A DNA stretch of 64,000 nt from Alphaproteobacteria bacterium (GCA_965221125.1 CBDCRW010000002.1:1-64000); one strand, 5' to 3'; counted from the stretch's first letter, positions 1 to 10,890 are shown. Numbers and translations: made by a program. The notes: a model not told the origin generated them from the letters alone.

Positions 1-3000
1 GACTTCGTCGACCGGACCGGGGGAACGGAGTGTTGGCTCGCCACCCTCCCGGCGGGCCAGACGACGCTGCGCCTGATGACGCTCCGGGTTCTTTCCGACT
101 CGGACATGCACGAGCGGCCCGAGCGGGTGACGGTTCGCCTGAAGCCGAGCACGGTGTCGGCCAAGCCGACCTCGGGCTTCATGGGCATCGTGCCCATCCC
201 GCCCAGGGGCCAGGCCCAGCCGCCCTACACGTCCTCGATGCTGATCATCAAGGACGACTTCCCCGTCGTGCGGGTCGAGCTGTCCGGCATCGACGGGTCG
301 GGAAGGCTGCTTTACACGGTGCGGGGCACGAGCGGCCCGCCGGTGGGCTACCCGAGGATTCACTGGGTGGTGGAGGACGACATCAGCGGCACGATCGGGA
401 GCGGCTCGTTCTCGTTCCAGAGGGGGCAAGACCGGCCTTCCAGGAGGGTGCGCTTCAAGCCTCCGCTCTATGATGCGTCGCATAACGGCTATATGATTTT
501 CAGGCTGACGGACGGCGAGTACCGGCTGGCGGATCCCTCGCACGGAACCTTCTGCTTGCCGCTCGGCTTCCACGGTTCGTGTCCCCAGCTCCAGACGCCG
601 GGCAGCAGCGACGACGCTGTCGAGGTCCCGGACACGCCGGTCGCCAACGTCCAGGTGACGGCGGTCGACGCCGCCAGCGCGACGGTGACGTGGGACGCGG
701 TGGAGCACGCAACGTCCTACCGGGTGGAGTACGAGTCGACCGGCACCCTGGCGTATCAGGGGAACTACGTTCAGGGCGCCTCGAACGGCCACACCGGCAC
801 GAGCTGGACGTTCACCCACAATGCCGCCGAGGCCATGACGCTCACTGTGACCGTGACGCCGGAGGTCCGGGAGGACGGCAATGTGCAGCTGTTCGACGAC
901 CTCGCGGGGACGGCGACCATCGACGTGGCGCCCGCCGGGACGCAGGACACCGTTCAGGCGCACGGCTGCGATCTGACATCGGTCAAGGCGGACGTGAACC
1001 GCTATATCGGGGAGACGCAGTACGGTAATGCGCACGTGGCGCGCTGGAAGCAGGCACTGGCCGGGCTGAACGAAGAGACCGGCGGCATGACGGCGGCGCA
1101 GGCGCGGCAGATGATGGCGACGTATTCGCCGGGCCGCTGGCAGCCGGTGGTGGACGCGCTCGACTGCCTGGAGGAAGCTGCCGCGGCGCAGCCGGAGACG
1201 CCGGCGGCGGTTCCCGAGGTTACGGTCTCGGGCGGCAGCGGGGTGACGGAGGGTGCCTCGGCGTCCTTCACCGTCACGGCGACACCCGCGCCTGCCGCAC
1301 CGCTCGCGGTGACGCTGACGGTGGGCCAGAGCGGGGATTACGCCGCATCGGGCGAGACCGGCACGCGGCAGGTCACCATCCCGACCGGGGGCAGCGTGGC
1401 GATAGAGGTCGCGACGGCGGACGACGCCGTGGACGAGCCGGACGGCTCGGTGAGCGCGACGGTCGAGGCCGACACGGGCTACACGGTCGGCGGCGCCGGC
1501 ACAGCCTCGGTGGCCGTGGCCGACGATGACGACCCGGTTCCGGACCCCGTGACGCCCGAGCTCCGGCTCTCGGCCGGGAGCCCCGTGGACGAGGGCGGCA
1601 ACGCGGTCTTCACCGTCCATGCCGACCGGGCGCCGGCGGGCAACCTCACGGTCGGGCTCACCGTTGCCCAGACCGGCGACGTGCTGAGCGCGCCCGGCAC
1701 GGGCAGCCGGCAGCTGACGCTGGCGGCGGGCGCGACGAGCGCCACGCTCGCCCTTGCCACGGCCGACGACGGCGTGGACGAGCCCGACGGCGCGGTGAGC
1801 GTCACGCTCGATGCGGGCGCGGGCTACACGGTGGCGGCGGGCCAGGCGGCCGGCACGGTCGCGGTGCGCGACAATGACGAGCCGGTGGTGAGCATCGCCG
1901 CCGGTGCCGGGGTGACGGAAGGAGCCCCGGCCTCGTTCACCCTGACGGCCACGCCGGCGCCGCACGCGGCGCTGACGGTGAGCCTCGCGGTGACCCAGAG
2001 CGGGGACTTTGCTGCTTCCGGCCAGACCGGCACGCGGGAGGTGGTGATCCCGACCGGGGGCAGCATCGCCTTCGAGGTCGCGACGGTGAACGACGGGGCG
2101 GACGAGCCCGACGGCTCGGTCACCGCGACCCTTGCCGCCGGCACGGGGTACGCGGTGGCGGTGTCGCCCAATGACGCGGCCTCGGTCGCGGTGGCGGACG
2201 ACGACGTGGCGGCGGCGGGCGTGCCGACGCTCTCGGTGAACGATGTCGAGGTGAAGGAGGGTCCGTACCGGCGGGTCGAGTTCACGGTGACGCTCAGCAA
2301 GGCGTTGGAGAAGGGCGCCTGGTTCTACTACCGGGTGCGGGAGTCGAGCCCGGTGTCGGCGAAGCGGGGCGTGGACTTTTCGGCCTCTACCGGAAAGAAA
2401 TTTGCGTCGATAAGAGCGGGCGCGACCGAGCACCGGATCATGGCGGCCCTGGTGATCGACGACAGCCATGACGAAGACCCGGAGACCTTCGAGGTCGTGC
2501 TGTCGGACGCGCATGGCGCGGCGATCGCGGATGCCGTGGGCGTGGCCACGATCGTCAACGACGACCCGATGCCGGCGGCGTGGCTCGCGCGCTTCGGGCG
2601 CACGGTGGCGGAGCAGGCGCTCGACGGGATCGCCGGCCGCATCGCGGCGCCGCGCACGGCGGGCGCGCAGGGCACGATCGCCGGGCAGGCGCTGAGCTTC
2701 GGAGCGGGCTCGGGGGCTGACGGCGCGGCCAACGGGTTCGGGGCGAGGTCCTTCGGATCGTTGTCGATGGCGGCCAACGACAATGCCGGCCTTGGCGGCG
2801 CGGGCCTCTCCGGCAGTGGCCTCGGCTCGCAATCCGGGACAGGCCTGCTTCTGGTGTTGTCCGAGTTCGGCACGCACGTCGAGGACCCCGGATCGGGTCC
2901 GGCTTTCGACGGCGGCCATGGACTGGACGATGCCCATGGGTTGGGCGAATCCCGCACCGTGACGTCGCACGAGCTGCTGCTGGGTTTGAGCTTCACCGCG

Positions 3001-4206
3001 ACGGGGGAGCAGGACGGCAGCGGCGGCAGCCTTGCCTTCTGGGGCCGGGCGGCGCAGTCAAGCTTCGACGGAAGAGAGGGCACCTTCTCGCTCGACGGCG
3101 AGACCACCACCGCCATGCTCGGCGCGGACTACGCGCGCGGCAACTGGCTCGCCGGGCTCGCGCTCATGCAGAGTTCCGGCGAGGGCGGCTACAACGATAG
3201 CGGCATCGGGGCCGAGCCCTGTCCCGACGACATGGACGGGAGTCTGTGCAACGGAGCGGTGCGGACGGGCGACGGCGATGTCGAGGCGTCGCTGACAGCC
3301 GCCGTTCCCTATGCGGCCATCCAGGCGTCCGAACGTCTCAAGCTCTGGGGCGCCGCCGGCTACGGCACGGGCGAGGTGACGCTGAAGCCTTCCGTGGGCG
3401 GCACGCTCAAATCGGACATCTCCTGGACCATGGCGGCGGCAGGCGCGCGCAGCGACCTTGTGACGCTGTCCAAGGAGGGGAGCGGCCTTGCGCTGGCGCT
3501 GACGTCGGACGCCTTGTGGGCGCGGACGAGCTCGGAGAAGACGCACGAGCTTGCGGCGTCGGACTCCGACGTGACGCGGCTCCGGGTCGGTCTGGAGGGC
3601 AGCTACGCCATCGCCACGGAGGGCGACGGTCATCTCACGCCCAGGCTTGAGATCGGCGCGCGCCATGACGGGGGCGATGCCGAGACCGGCTTCGGTGTCG
3701 AGCTCGGCGGCGGCATCGCCTGGGTCGATCCCGCGATGGGGCTCAGCCTCGACCTCTCGGGCCGCACGTTGATCGCGCACGGTGACGACGACCTGGAGGA
3801 CCGGGGCTTTGCGGCCTCGATGGTCTTCGACCCCGATCCGGGCACCGAGCGTGGTCTGTCGCTCACGCTGCGCCAGGACTGGGGCGGGTCGGCGCAGGGC
3901 GGTCTCGACGCGCTGTTCGCGACCGACCCGCTGGCCGACCGCACCGGCTTCGGCGAGGCGACCAGCCGCTGGCAGGCGGAGGCGGCGTATGGTCTCCCGG
4001 CCTTCTCGGGGCGCTTCACCGGCAGCCCGCATGTGGGACTGGGGCTTGCCACGGGCTCGCGCGACTACACGCTCGGCTGGCGGCTCTCACCGGCGGCCAA
4101 TGCCAACGCACCCGATGTCTCCTTCGGCGTGAAGGCGACGCGTCATGAGAGCGACGGGGCGGAGCCTGTGCATACCACCGGGCTGGAGGGCGTTCTCCGA
4201 TGGTAG
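1..4206 (+). CDS. Large surface/secreted protein (FN3-like domain, tandem Calx-beta repeats, C-terminal autotransporter-like beta-barrel); 5' end outside window
   Basis: Frame is open from base 1 (DFVDRTGG...). Repeated VTEG...DDAVDEPDG.V..T...GTGY.V...A.V.V.DDD units. The AWLARFGRTVAEQ helix is followed by an amphipathic beta-rich region ending in W. Confidence 0.8.
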   Translation, partial: DFVDRTGGTECWLATLPAGQTTLRLMTLRVLSDSDMHERPERVTVRLKPSTVSAKPTSGFMGIVPIPPRGQAQPPYTSSMLIIKDDFPVVRVELSGIDGSGRLLYTVRGTSGPPVGYPRIHWVVEDDISGTIGSGSFSFQRGQDRPSRRVRFKPPLYDASHNGYMIFRLTDGEYRLADPSHGTFCLPLGFHGSCPQLQTPGSSDDAVEVPDTPVANVQVTAVDAASATVTWDAVEHATSYRVEYESTGTLAYQGNYVQGASNGHTGTSWTFTHNAAEAMTLTVTVTPEVREDGNVQLFDDLAGTATIDVAPAGTQDTVQAHGCDLTSVKADVNRYIGETQYGNAHVARWKQALAGLNEETGGMTAAQARQMMATYSPGRWQPVVDALDCLEEAAAAQPETPAAVPEVTVSGGSGVTEGASASFTVTATPAPAAPLAVTLTVGQSGDYAASGETGTRQVTIPTGGSVAIEVATADDAVDEPDGSVSATVEADTGYTVGGAGTASVAVADDDDPVPDPVTPELRLSAGSPVDEGGNAVFTVHADRAPAGNLTVGLTVAQTGDVLSAPGTGSRQLTLAAGATSATLALATADDGVDEPDGAVSVTLDAGAGYTVAAGQAAGTVAVRDNDEPVVSIAAGAGVTEGAPASFTLTATPAPHAALTVSLAVTQSGDFAASGQTGTREVVIPTGGSIAFEVATVNDGADEPDGSVTATLAAGTGYAVAVSPNDAASVAVADDDVAAAGVPTLSVNDVEVKEGPYRRVEFTVTLSKALEKGAWFYYRVRESSPVSAKRGVDFSASTGKKFASIRAGATEHRIMAALVIDDSHDEDPETFEVVLSDAHGAAIADAVGVATIVNDDPMPAAWLARFGRTVAEQALDGIAGRIAAPRTAGAQGTIAGQALSFGAGSGADGAANGFGARSFGSLSMAANDNAGLGGAGLSGSGLGSQSGTGLLLVLSEFGTHVEDPGSGPAFDGGHGLDDAHGLGESRTVTSHELLLGLSFTATGEQDGSGGSLAFWGRAAQSSFDGREGTFSLDGETTTAMLGADYARGNWLAGLALMQSSGEGGYNDSGIGAEPCPDDMDGSLCNGAVRTGDGDVEASLTAAVPYAAIQASERLKLWGAAGYGTGEVTLKPSVGGTLKSDISWTMAAAGARSDLVTLSKEGSGLALALTSDALWARTSSEKTHELAASDSDVTRLRVGLEGSYAIATEGDGHLTPRLEIGARHDGGDAETGFGVELGGGIAWVDPAMGLSLDLSGRTLIAHGDDDLEDRGFAASMVFDPDPGTERGLSLTLRQDWGGSAQGGLDALFATDPLADRTGFGEATSRWQAEAAYGLPAFSGRFTGSPHVGLGLATGSRDYTLGWRLSPAANANAPDVSFGVKATRHESDGAEPVHTTGLEGVLRW
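1210..2565 (+). repeat. About four tandem Calx-beta-like coding repeats (approximate bounds)
   Basis: Near-identical DNA blocks recur, e.g. CCGACCGGGGGCAGC, GACGAGCC(G/C)GACGGC and CAGAGCGGGGA. Confidence 0.7.
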
Positions 4207-4230
4207 GGACGGCACGCCGGGATAGTTCCT

Positions 4231-4470
4231 GTGAGCGGCGGCCTCGCGGCCTTCGGCGCGGTCACCGCCTGGCGCATCCGCAGGCGCCACCCGGACTACC
4301 GCAGGCAGTGGCTGGCGGCGGCGGGACGCACGGGACGCGCTGAGGGCGGGCCGGTCCCGGTTCGCACCCAGACCGAGGCCGACCTCGAGGCCGCGCCCTG
4401 GGGCCTGCTTGCCTGGGAGGACTCCTTCGCGGACGACGGCCCCGCCTCGCCCTTCTGGGCAGACGCCACG
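4231..4470 (+). pseudogene. Truncated DUF6499 / FseA(Msi172)-like ICE activator N-terminal fragment
   Basis: AWRIRRRHPDYRRQW...AAPWGLLAWEDS...SPFW resembles the AWEFLRRN...WG motifs. Similarity stops just before the integrase 3' end. Confidence 0.45.
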
Positions 4471-4518
4471 ATACCCTGCCGGGCGCAGGGCCCGCATAGC
4501 GTCATCCGGCTGTGGCCG

Positions 4519-5664
4519 TTACAGGTCCATCAAGGCGGCGATCTCCTGGCCGACCCTTTCTGCGGCGGCCTCGATATCGCGGTCTCCGAGGTGGGCGTAG
4601 CGCAGGGTCATCCGGGTGTTGGAGTGCCCCAGCATGCGGGAGACGACGGGCACCGGCACGCCGTTCATCACCGCGTGGCTGGCGTGCGTATGCCGGAGAT
4701 CGTGAAGGCGCACGTCCTCGATGCCGACCTCGCGCCGGACCCGCTCCCAGAGAGGGAGTATGCGGCCGCGCGGCCGCGAAGGGTCGCGCGGCGAGGGGAA
4801 CACGAAGGGGCTTTCCGTTTGCGGCTGTCGTGCGAGGATGCGCCGGGCCTCGGTGCCGAGGGGAATCTTCCTCGGCCCGGTCTTGGTATCGACAAGCACG
4901 AGCATGTCACCATGAACTTCCGACCGGCGCAGCTCGACGATCTCGCCCCTGCGGCACCCGGTGAGCAGCAGGAGCCGGACAATGTCGGCCTGCTGCCGGA
5001 ACCTGTTTCCCTTCGCGGCCTCCCTGTCGAGTGCAACGTGAAGGCGGTCGACCTCCTCACGCGACAGGAAGCGGGTGAGCGCCGGGCGCGGGTTGGGCTT
5101 GGTGCCGCGCGCCGGGTTGGCGCCGACATGGCCGTGCGCGCCGGCGAAGTTCATGATCTGGCGCAGGAGGGCGAGAGCGTGGTTGGCGTTGCCCGGCGCG
5201 GTCCGGCTGAACGCGTCGAACCAGCGCCTGACATCGGCCTGGGCGATGCGGTCGAGCGGCTTCGGCCCGAAGGCTGGCAGCAGCCGGGCGTCGAGCAGCG
5301 AACGGTAGCCCTTCCTGGTCGAGGGCTTGCATCGCTCGAATTGAACCTCCCTCCACTCGCCCTCGACGAAGTCCCGGAACAGGGGAACGGTGCGCCTGGG
5401 CGCCGGTTCCGTTTCCGGGCTCGCGCGCCGCGCATGGCACTCCCGGCGCGCCTCCTCGACGCCCATTGCCGAGACCGGGCCGAGCGTCGTCCGCCGCGAC
5501 CCGTCCGCCGCTGCCCGCAACAGGACCCAGCTCTTCCCTCCGGAAGGACGAACCCGGACCCCGAGGCCGGGCATACGGCTGTCCCAGACGGTGTATTCAC
5601 GCTCGCGCGGGCGCAACCGGGCGACCGCCGTGTCGGTGAGGCGCACGCGGCGCGCGGCGCTCAT
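4519..5664 (-). CDS. Tyrosine integrase with N-terminal arm-binding (DUF4102-like) domain
   Basis: VWDSRMPGLGVRVRPSGGKSW arm domain; catalytic TGCRRGE, KTG, HDLRH, LGH and RYAH. Confidence 0.92.
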   Translation of the reverse strand: MSAARRVRLTDTAVARLRPREREYTVWDSRMPGLGVRVRPSGGKSWVLLRAAADGSRRTTLGPVSAMGVEEARRECHARRASPETEPAPRRTVPLFRDFVEGEWREVQFERCKPSTRKGYRSLLDARLLPAFGPKPLDRIAQADVRRWFDAFSRTAPGNANHALALLRQIMNFAGAHGHVGANPARGTKPNPRPALTRFLSREEVDRLHVALDREAAKGNRFRQQADIVRLLLLTGCRRGEIVELRRSEVHGDMLVLVDTKTGPRKIPLGTEARRILARQPQTESPFVFPSPRDPSRPRGRILPLWERVRREVGIEDVRLHDLRHTHASHAVMNGVPVPVVSRMLGHSNTRMTLRYAHLGDRDIEAAAERVGQEIAALMDL

Positions 5665-6788
5665 GGCCGGCCTCCGAGTACGGTACCGATGGTCTCGGCG
5701 GCGTCCATCGCCATGGCGTCGGCGAAATGGGTATATGCGAGGGTGGTCTGGGGGCTTCGGTGTCCGAGCAGCCGGGCGATGGCGAGAACGGTCTCGCCGT
5801 TCTTCAACGCGATGCTGGCGTAACTATGCCGCAGATCGTGAAGGCGGACATCCCGAAGACCGGCTTCGGTGCGCAGCGCGTCCCAGAAGCGGTCGAGCGA
5901 GGCGGAGCCTTCCGGCCCGCCGCTGCGGGCCGCCGGGAAGACCCACCGGCCGGTCCGTGGGAGGGAGTCGAGAACGTTCCTGGCGGGCTGGGAGAGCCAG
6001 ACCGTTCTGGGTCCGGACTTGGAGTCTCTGAGGAACAGGCGTCCTTCGCGGTAGTCCGACCATCGGAGCGTGAGGATCTCGCTCTTGCGGCATCCGGTCA
6101 GCAGAAGGAGGCGGACCGCGGCGACCTGCCGGGGATACTGATCGGCGTGGGCCGACAGCCGTTCGGACAGTCTGCGTATCTCGTCGTCGGAGAGGAAGCG
6201 CGCGCGCCCCTTGCGGCGGTATCGCCGGATGCCCCGGCAGGGGTTGGAGCCCTCGGGACGGAGACCCATGGCCTCGGCCTCGCGCATGACGACGGAGAGC
6301 ACGGGCATGGAGCGGTCGGCGGCTACCGGCGTGGCGTGGAGGGATGCGAACCAGTTCTTGACCTCGCGCGCGTCGATGTCGGCGATGGGACGTTTGGCGA
6401 AGTGGGGCAGTATCTGGTTGCGCAGGTAGTTGCGGTTGACCGTGAGCGTGCCCGCCTTCCAGAGCCGCCGGTGGCGATCGAACACGGTCTGGGCGACAGT
6501 CTCGAAGAGCGTCTCTTCGGGCCGTGCGGGCGCGGGCTCGCCCCGCCGGATCGCCGCGAGCATGCTGGCCGCGCGGGATCGCGCCTCTGCGACGCTCATC
6601 CCGGCGGCGTCGCCGACGATCTTCCAGACGCGCTCGCCGTCGTGCTGGCAGTGGACGAAGAAGCGCTTGCGGCCCGAGGGCAGCACCCTGACGCCGAAGC
6701 CCTTGAGCTTGCCGTCTCGGATGTCGCGTGCGGTCTTGCGGGGATTGAGCGCGGCTATGCGGGCGTCCGTGAGGTTGATCCTGGGCAT
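5661..6788 (-). CDS. Second tandem tyrosine integrase with arm-binding domain
   Basis: ATG at 6788 preceded by GGAGA; GFGVRVLPSGRK, TGCRKSE, HDLRH, LGH and AYTH; ATGA overlap with the downstream integrase. Confidence 0.92.
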   Translation of the reverse strand: MPRINLTDARIAALNPRKTARDIRDGKLKGFGVRVLPSGRKRFFVHCQHDGERVWKIVGDAAGMSVAEARSRAASMLAAIRRGEPAPARPEETLFETVAQTVFDRHRRLWKAGTLTVNRNYLRNQILPHFAKRPIADIDAREVKNWFASLHATPVAADRSMPVLSVVMREAEAMGLRPEGSNPCRGIRRYRRKGRARFLSDDEIRRLSERLSAHADQYPRQVAAVRLLLLTGCRKSEILTLRWSDYREGRLFLRDSKSGPRTVWLSQPARNVLDSLPRTGRWVFPAARSGGPEGSASLDRFWDALRTEAGLRDVRLHDLRHSYASIALKNGETVLAIARLLGHRSPQTTLAYTHFADAMAMDAAETIGTVLGGRP

Positions 6789-6901
6789 CGCATTCTCCCG
6801 GTTGCGGTTGCACCCGGGGGAACGGACTGTTGCGGCATCCGTCACCCGGTTGCACGATGAGGGAGAAAAAGCGACCCTGTGTCAGATAGTTAGCACCGAA
6901 G

Positions 6902-7951
6902 GTGCGTCGCGCGGTGTTCACCCCCGGCCATCACGACCACGCGCTCGACATCGCGGTGCGCGAGACCGCAGACCGCCCGCCGCTCCGCGTCAACGACGAC
7001 GCCTTCGGCGACTGGAGCCCGGGCGAGACCATGCTGGCCGACCGCTCCTCGCTCCCCTTCGACTGGCTGGATATCCAGGACCGCCAGGAGTCCTTCGCGG
7101 CGCTCCGGGCGTTGCCCGGGTCGGACAAGCAGCGCCTGTTCGCCGCCTGCGTCGCGCGCACGGTGAACGGCCAGCTCGCGTTCGAGGCGGACGCCCGGCC
7201 CGAGCTCGAAGCTACCGTCGCCCGGCTCGATATCGAGTTCGCGTCGCACGTCCGGCCGACCGCCGAGATGTTCTGGTCGCGCGTCCGCAAGGACAAGATG
7301 CTCGGCGTCGCCCGCGAGGTCCTCGGCGTCGAGTGGGCGCACACCCACCGCAAGGACAAGAAGGCGACGCTGGCGACCGCGATGGAGACCGCGTTCGCCA
7401 AGGGGGTTTCGCCGCCGCTGGGCGTCACGAAGGAGGGCCACGCCGCCGCGCTCGCATGGGCGCCGCCCGGCTTCGGCGCCTTCGACTCCGGCCACGTCGA
7501 CGACGAAGACGCGGCCTCTGCCGAGCCGGAAGCGCCGCCTGCGGACCAGCCGTCCCAGGACGCGGCACCTTCGGACGGGGCTCAGTCCGGTGCCCGGCAG
7601 GAGGCCGAAGCGGACCAGCCCGCGCCGGCCGCGGACGCCGAGGCTCCCGAGGGGCAGGCGTCGGATACCGCCGATGCGGAACCGGCTGAGCCGTCTTCAC
7701 CGCGCAACGGCACCTCTGACGGGGAAGCCATCGCCCCCACCGGCCACGAGGCGATCGACGCCGTGAACGCCGTCCCCGTCGGGGGCGGCGGACCCAGGGT
7801 GATCGTCAGCACCGTGGGCTTCGAGAACAGCGATGACGGCGACGGCGATGCGTCCACCGAGGACGTCCCGCCCGTGCCGCCGGTTCCTGGCAACGGCCAC
7901 GATACCGCCGGCGACGCGCTGGATATCCCCGCCTTCCTGCGCCGCACGTAG
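6902..7951 (+). pseudogene. C-terminal part of ICE/plasmid ParB-family protein, N-terminal ParB domain missing
   Basis: RPTAEMFWSRVRK...KKATLA..METAF is typical of the C-terminus of long ParB-like proteins; acidic tail ends LDIPAFLRR. No ParB box or convincing start. Confidence 0.6.
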
Positions 7952-8061
7952 GCGCCACGTTCGTTGCCTGCGCCCCGCCAGTCGGCGGCCCTTCGGGTCA
8001 GCGACCCCAGGCTCCGTTCGGCGGGGCGCCCTTCCGTCCACCGCTTTCATGGGAGACCACC

Positions 8062-9813
8062 ATGACCGATCCTTCCCATCTGCCCGCTACGATCCGGGCC
8101 CGCGTCCACGAAGGCGCCATCGACCGGGTCTCGAGATTCTTCAACGCCTCCGTCGCGGACGCGGCGGCAGAGCTGATCCAGAACTCACGCCGCAGCGGCG
8201 CGACCCGCCTCGACGTTGCCACCGAGGCCGTGCCCGAGGGCGGCACCGTCGTCACCGTAACCGACGACGGTTTCGGCATCGCCGACCCGGCCGTCCTGCT
8301 CTCCTTCGGCGAGAGCGGCTGGGACGCCCCCACGGCAAAGCGCGAGGACCCCGCCGGCATGGGGGTCTATGCGCTGTCCAAGCGCGGCTGTGTCATCTCA
8401 TCGCGGCCGAGCACCGCCGGGCGCGCACCCATGCCCGGTTGGCGGGTCGAACTCACGCCCGAGTGCTTCATCGGAAAGCAGGAGGCCCGGATTGTTTCCT
8501 GCGAAGATGCCCCCCTGCCCAGCGGCACCGCGATCTCCTTCCGCGCGGACCAGACCCGGGAAGGCATCCGGGCCGCCTTCGCCGCCGCCGCGCGGCACTG
8601 CCCGCTGGCCGCGGCCGTCAACGGCGAGGCCGTCGAGCGCCAGTCGTTCCTCGACGGCGCCCTTCACGTCGAGCGCTGGCAGGGACTCTCCTTCGGCGTC
8701 TTCGACAGCAGGTTCCCCGGCTTCAACAACTCCGACCTCAACTTCCACGGGCTCACGCTCTCCGTATGCCTGCCCACGATGGACACCATCGACGGCGGCA
8801 CCTGGTCGGTGGTCGCCGACGTCGACGCCTGCCCCGAGCTGGAGCTGGTCCTGCCCGCCCGCCGCGAGGCCGTGCAGACGCCCTTCCTGGACGAGATGCG
8901 CAAGGCGGCCCGTATCGCCATCTACCGGGCCATGCGCCGCGCCGACCCCACGCCTGCGCTCCCCCACGCCCATTTCACCGCGGCCCGAAAGGCGGGCATC
9001 GACATGCCGATCGCGCCGGCCGTGCTGCGTCCCTGGCGCCCGGCCATCGCCGATATCGACGACTGGCGCGACACGCCGAACCGTGAGCCGGTCAGCCCGG
9101 GCACCCTCGTCATGGCGGTCGATGCGGAGACCCAGGACCAGCAGTGCCTCTGGCGGGCGGCGGAACGGGCAGGGATCGCCGGCCGCCTGTTCGAGGCCGA
9201 CACGCGCCTGGAGGGCTACGCCTGGTACGACGCGCTCGCGCGGGTGGAGAGCGTGCGCATAGACATCACCGACGCCGGCGTTACCCATCCCCTCGATGCT
9301 CTGCGCGCCGGGTCCGAGCCGTGCTCCGACGTACCCACCGCGCCGGGCCTGCCGGACACGCTGGCGCGGCCCGAGGCCATCCACATTCACCTTGACGTGG
9401 TGCACAGGGACGGGCCGCCCGAGACCATCGCCATCCCGGCCGACATCGCCTTCATCGGCGAGGAGGGGACCTGGGTCGAGGACGCGTATCCGCTCGTTAC
9501 CAGGGACAGCGATCTGCAGCCCCCGGCACTCTGCCAACTCCTGCAGGCGGCGTATTTCTCGGTCTCGGACGACCCGGACGCGGACAGCTGCGACACCCAG
9601 CGCCGCCGTTTCCGCGAGGACGCGACCCACATGGCGATCAAGCTGCTGGCCAGCGAGGACGAGGCCAGGAAGCACACCATCGCAGAAGCCGTCTGGCGCG
9701 AGATCTTCTGGGTGATGCCGCGCGACCGCGAGGTCTCCATCAAGGTCAGCGGCGGCAAGGTCGCGGTGGAGTTAGGGCCCGAGACCCCGGCGCCGGAAGG
9801 GGCGGCGGCATGA
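8062..9813 (+). CDS. GHKL (HATPase_c-like) ATP-binding protein
   Basis: ELIQNSRRSGA (N box), VTDDGFGI (G1) and DPAGMG (G2); RBS GGGAGA. Confidence 0.8.
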   Translation: MTDPSHLPATIRARVHEGAIDRVSRFFNASVADAAAELIQNSRRSGATRLDVATEAVPEGGTVVTVTDDGFGIADPAVLLSFGESGWDAPTAKREDPAGMGVYALSKRGCVISSRPSTAGRAPMPGWRVELTPECFIGKQEARIVSCEDAPLPSGTAISFRADQTREGIRAAFAAAARHCPLAAAVNGEAVERQSFLDGALHVERWQGLSFGVFDSRFPGFNNSDLNFHGLTLSVCLPTMDTIDGGTWSVVADVDACPELELVLPARREAVQTPFLDEMRKAARIAIYRAMRRADPTPALPHAHFTAARKAGIDMPIAPAVLRPWRPAIADIDDWRDTPNREPVSPGTLVMAVDAETQDQQCLWRAAERAGIAGRLFEADTRLEGYAWYDALARVESVRIDITDAGVTHPLDALRAGSEPCSDVPTAPGLPDTLARPEAIHIHLDVVHRDGPPETIAIPADIAFIGEEGTWVEDAYPLVTRDSDLQPPALCQLLQAAYFSVSDDPDADSCDTQRRRFREDATHMAIKLLASEDEARKHTIAEAVWREIFWVMPRDREVSIKVSGGKVAVELGPETPAPEGAAA

Positions 9814-10307
9814 CCTGGTATTCGGTGCAGGCAGGCTACGCCGCCTACCACGGCAACACCGTCTCCGTCGAAGCCGACACGCTCGAGGAGGCGCTGGAGA
9901 AGGCTATCGAGGTCGCCAACCAGGACCCCAACTGGAAGTCCGTGGATCATTGCGGCCCGACTCACGTCCATGCGTGCTGCATGGGCCGGGACGAGGATCC
10001 CTGGGAGCGCGACAGGTCGCTGCCCGTCCCGGCCAGGTTCACGGAGAAGGGCGAGCCGCCGGTCGTCACCCTGACCGGCCCGCGCCCGCCCGGCGGCGTC
10101 GCGGTCACCGGGGGCACGGTGCTGATCCGGTTCGTCGATGACGCCGCCACCATCACCACGGAGGTTTCCGATCCGCCGCCGCCGCCCGGCAACAAGCCGG
10201 TAGTCACCGTCCGCCCAAGACCCGACGGAGCCCCCGACATCGAGGTCGCCGACGGCAAGGCCCTGGTTCGCGTCGAGCGTTGGGAGGGAATCGACCATGC
10301 CCCATAA
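9810..10307 (+). CDS. Hypothetical protein
   Basis: ATGA overlap with the upstream gene; protein-like composition. Confidence 0.7.
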   Translation: MTWYSVQAGYAAYHGNTVSVEADTLEEALEKAIEVANQDPNWKSVDHCGPTHVHACCMGRDEDPWERDRSLPVPARFTEKGEPPVVTLTGPRPPGGVAVTGGTVLIRFVDDAATITTEVSDPPPPPGNKPVVTVRPRPDGAPDIEVADGKALVRVERWEGIDHAP

Positions 10308-10716
10308 ACCCGGCAACGCCGCCGCATTCGGTCCCGTCATCTCCACCTATTCCCGTGCCCAGGCGATCGAGGACGGCATCCTCGTCGACGTCTCCGACAC
10401 CGCGCGCGAGGCCGGATTCACCATCCCCGTCGCGGTCACTCGCACCGTTTGGACCCGCCTGATCGCCCTCCCCGAGGGGTACCGCGGCTTCCAGGACGAG
10501 CGCGGGCGCCTGTGGGACGTCGTCTGGATGGCGCACCACTACGCGCGCCGCGCATCCAACCGCGACCGCGTGACCATGTGCGTGCTGGTGCGCGACGTCC
10601 GCAAGGACCTCCGCGACAGCCACCGGGCGCCCCGCAAGCACTTTCCCATCGTGGCGATCGGCGCCGGCGATGTCGGTGAGCCGGTGGTGACGGTGATGTT
10701 CCCCGAAGACGACTGA
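10297..10716 (+). CDS. DUF6573-like protein
   Basis: YSRAQAIEDGILVDVS..AREAGF..PVAVT and GRLWDVVWM; ends VTVMFPEDD. Confidence 0.7.
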   Translation: MPHKPGNAAAFGPVISTYSRAQAIEDGILVDVSDTAREAGFTIPVAVTRTVWTRLIALPEGYRGFQDERGRLWDVVWMAHHYARRASNRDRVTMCVLVRDVRKDLRDSHRAPRKHFPIVAIGAGDVGEPVVTVMFPEDD

Positions 10717-10890
10717 GCGCACCTTACCCCCGCTCTCTCCGGCGCCGCCAGGAGCGAAGGCCGGCTCCGGTCGGGCGAGCGGCGCGGAACCTGGAGGACT
10801 CCGGCGTCGCCTCCCGCTCTCCTTCGGCGCCCCGCCGCGGTCTCTCCTCCCGCGGCGGGGCGTTTCCATTCCGCTTCATGGAGCCGTGCC

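Noticed and set aside
1210-2565. Repeats as a diversity-generating or CRISPR-like array
   Set aside because: They are in-frame protein domain repeats; no reverse transcriptase or spacer pattern.
4390-4425. Programmed +1 frameshift site as in msi172-msi171
   Set aside because: The WG codons are present but the slippery TTTC is not, and no DUF2285 frame follows.
4231-5823. 530-aa plus-strand ORF
   Set aside because: Beyond about 4470 it is the antisense shadow of the integrases; only the first ~80 codons look like a real remnant.
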